Assembly (NCBI GenBank): GCA_963921275.4
Contig: OZ001293.3
Coordinates: 1,952,001 to 2,016,000 of the forward strand
Reading direction: 5' to 3'
DNA length: 64,000 nucleotides
Origin: an uncultured Hormoscilla sp.
GTDB lineage: Bacteria; Cyanobacteriota; Cyanobacteriia; Cyanobacteriales; Desertifilaceae
The position numbers were made by a program, and so were the translations under genes. Within the stretch, counting starts at the first letter, position 1. Each line of letters opens with the position of its first letter. Below the pieces are notes generated by a model that saw nothing but the letters and a program-made list of their open reading frames with translations, made no database searches and was not told the DNA's origin. Below, in pieces: positions 62,756 to 64,000 of the stretch.

Positions 62756-64000
62756 TCATGAGTTCTTCGGCTTAATTCCCGCGGGGAGAGTGCGACTGAC
62801 CTTAGCTGGGCAGACTACCCGATCGCCCGACTTATATCCCACGAACCGGACATAAACCATCTCTCCTTCCTGGATATCATCAGTATCCGCCTCATGCAAG
62901 TTCCGATTATAAGGAACCTGTTCCCAAACGGAAGCGATCGGTTCATAACCCCAATTCTCCAGCATGTTCTCTAAGGGCGTGAACAGCTTCATCATATTCT
63001 TTGCTGGCAAATCGGGCTTCGTTTCGGCAATTTGGCGGGCGCTGGGGTACTTAGTCAGCAAAGCTTGCAATTCCGCGAAAGTCGAGTCGCGAAAATCGGC
63101 ATTTAGCTGACTTGGTTGCTGTTGCAATTGGGATTGCAGTCGCTGACATTGTTGCTGGAACTCAATCATTTCTGCCGTTTGCTGCTGCAATTGCCAGCGC
63201 AGTTGTTCCCATGCTTGCTGCAACTCGGTTATTTCTGCCGTTTTCTCACTTTCCATCTGCTCTAATTGCTGACGCAGTTGCTCCCGTTCTTGCTGTAGAC
63301 CGGATATTTCCCCTGTTTTCTCACTATCTAGTTGCTGCAATTGTGATATTGCCGCTGTTTTCTCACTATCTAGTTGCTCTAATTGTGAGCGCAGTTGCTC
63401 CCGTTCTTGCTGTAGACCGGATATTGCCGCTGTTTTCTCACTATCTAGTTGCTGCAATTGTGATATTGCCGCTGTTTTCTCACTATCTAGTTGCTCTAAT
63501 TGTGAGCGCAGTTGCTCCCGTTCTTGCTGTAGACCGGATATTGCCGCTGTTTTCTCACTATCTAGTTGCTGCAATTGTGATATTGCCGCTGTTTTCTCAC
63601 TATCTAGTTGCTCTAATTGTGAGCATTGTGAGCGAAGTTGTTCCCGTTCTTGCTGGAACTCCGCCAGGGTCGCCTGCTTCTCTGTTTCCAGTTGCTGCAA
63701 TTGCGATTGCAGTTGTTCCCGTTCTTGCTGGAACTCCGCCAGGATCGCCCTTTTCTCACTTTCCAGTTGCTGCAATTGCGATTGCAATCCTTGGCGTTCT
63801 TGCTGCAATTGTGATACTTCTGTCGTTTTCTCACTATCCAATTGCTGTAACTGCGAGCGCAGTTGCTCCCGTTCTTGCTGGAACTCCGCCAGGGTCGCCC
63901 TTTTCTCACTTTCCAGCTGCTGCAATTGCGAGCGCAGTCCCTGGCCTTCTTGCTGCAATTGTGATATTGCCGCTGTTTTCTCGCTTTCCAGCTGCTGCAA
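62756..64000 (-). CDS. Repeat-rich coiled-coil protein with a C-terminal GrpE-like domain (5' end beyond the window)
   Basis: 25-aa QLQQLxSEKxAxxxxxQQEREQLRS repeats; YNRNLHE...VYVRFVGY..GDRV.CPAKVSR. Confidence 0.8.
   Translation of the reverse strand: MQQLESEKTAAISQLQQEGQGLRSQLQQLESEKRATLAEFQQEREQLRSQLQQLDSEKTTEVSQLQQERQGLQSQLQQLESEKRAILAEFQQEREQLQSQLQQLETEKQATLAEFQQEREQLRSQCSQLEQLDSEKTAAISQLQQLDSEKTAAISGLQQEREQLRSQLEQLDSEKTAAISQLQQLDSEKTAAISGLQQEREQLRSQLEQLDSEKTAAISQLQQLDSEKTGEISGLQQEREQLRQQLEQMESEKTAEITELQQAWEQLRWQLQQQTAEMIEFQQQCQRLQSQLQQQPSQLNADFRDSTFAELQALLTKYPSARQIAETKPDLPAKNMMKLFTPLENMLENWGYEPIASVWEQVPYNRNLHEADTDDIQEGEMVYVRFVGYKSGDRVVCPAKVSRTLPAGIKPKNS

Larger units (their letters stand above)
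1..64000. repeat. HIP1 octamer GCGATCGC, dispersed
   Basis: Dozens of copies in coding and intergenic DNA (e.g. ~5388, ~6868, ~7009, ~16361); a cyanobacterial hallmark. Confidence 0.95.

Noticed and set aside
63240..64000. CRISPR-like regular repeats
   Set aside because: No unique spacers; unit lengths are multiples of 3 within an open coiled-coil frame.

Overview
A 64-kb chromosomal segment from a filamentous (Oscillatoriales-like) cyanobacterium, recognisable from abundant HIP1 octamers (GCGATCGC) and cyanobacterial gene content. Intact core blocks: nusA(3')-ylxR-infB, tRNA-Thr(CGT), DUF362, a Ca2+ P-type ATPase, priA, grpE-dnaK-dnaJ-tusA-rsgA, pilB-pilT-(frameshifted pilC), bioU, DUF2997-ycf35-ferredoxin, treZ/treY, mutS2, ada and a repeat-rich coiled-coil/GrpE-like gene. 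Between them lie heavily eroded accessory regions: Uma2, PIN, DUF29, XisH/I, COP23, phosphoesterase, thioesterase, ADP-ribosylglycohydrolase and EamA pseudogenes, plus dead IS1, IS630 and IS4 elements. The most striking content is non-coding. (i) Three related group II introns with no RT ORF in this window. Their EBS1/EBS2 sequences differ and each matches its own insertion site. The complete 869-nt ORF-less copy sits exactly between the Shine-Dalgarno sequence and the ATG of an IS1 transposase. (ii) An intact RAYT with its REP family. (iii) A self-nesting ~42-46-nt hairpin micro-element family and HIP1-associated ~21-24-nt inserts, both of which enter genes in frame. (iv) Several MITEs with clean TSDs and an isolated attC-like site. 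Gene calls are from motif recognition only; no database searches were run.
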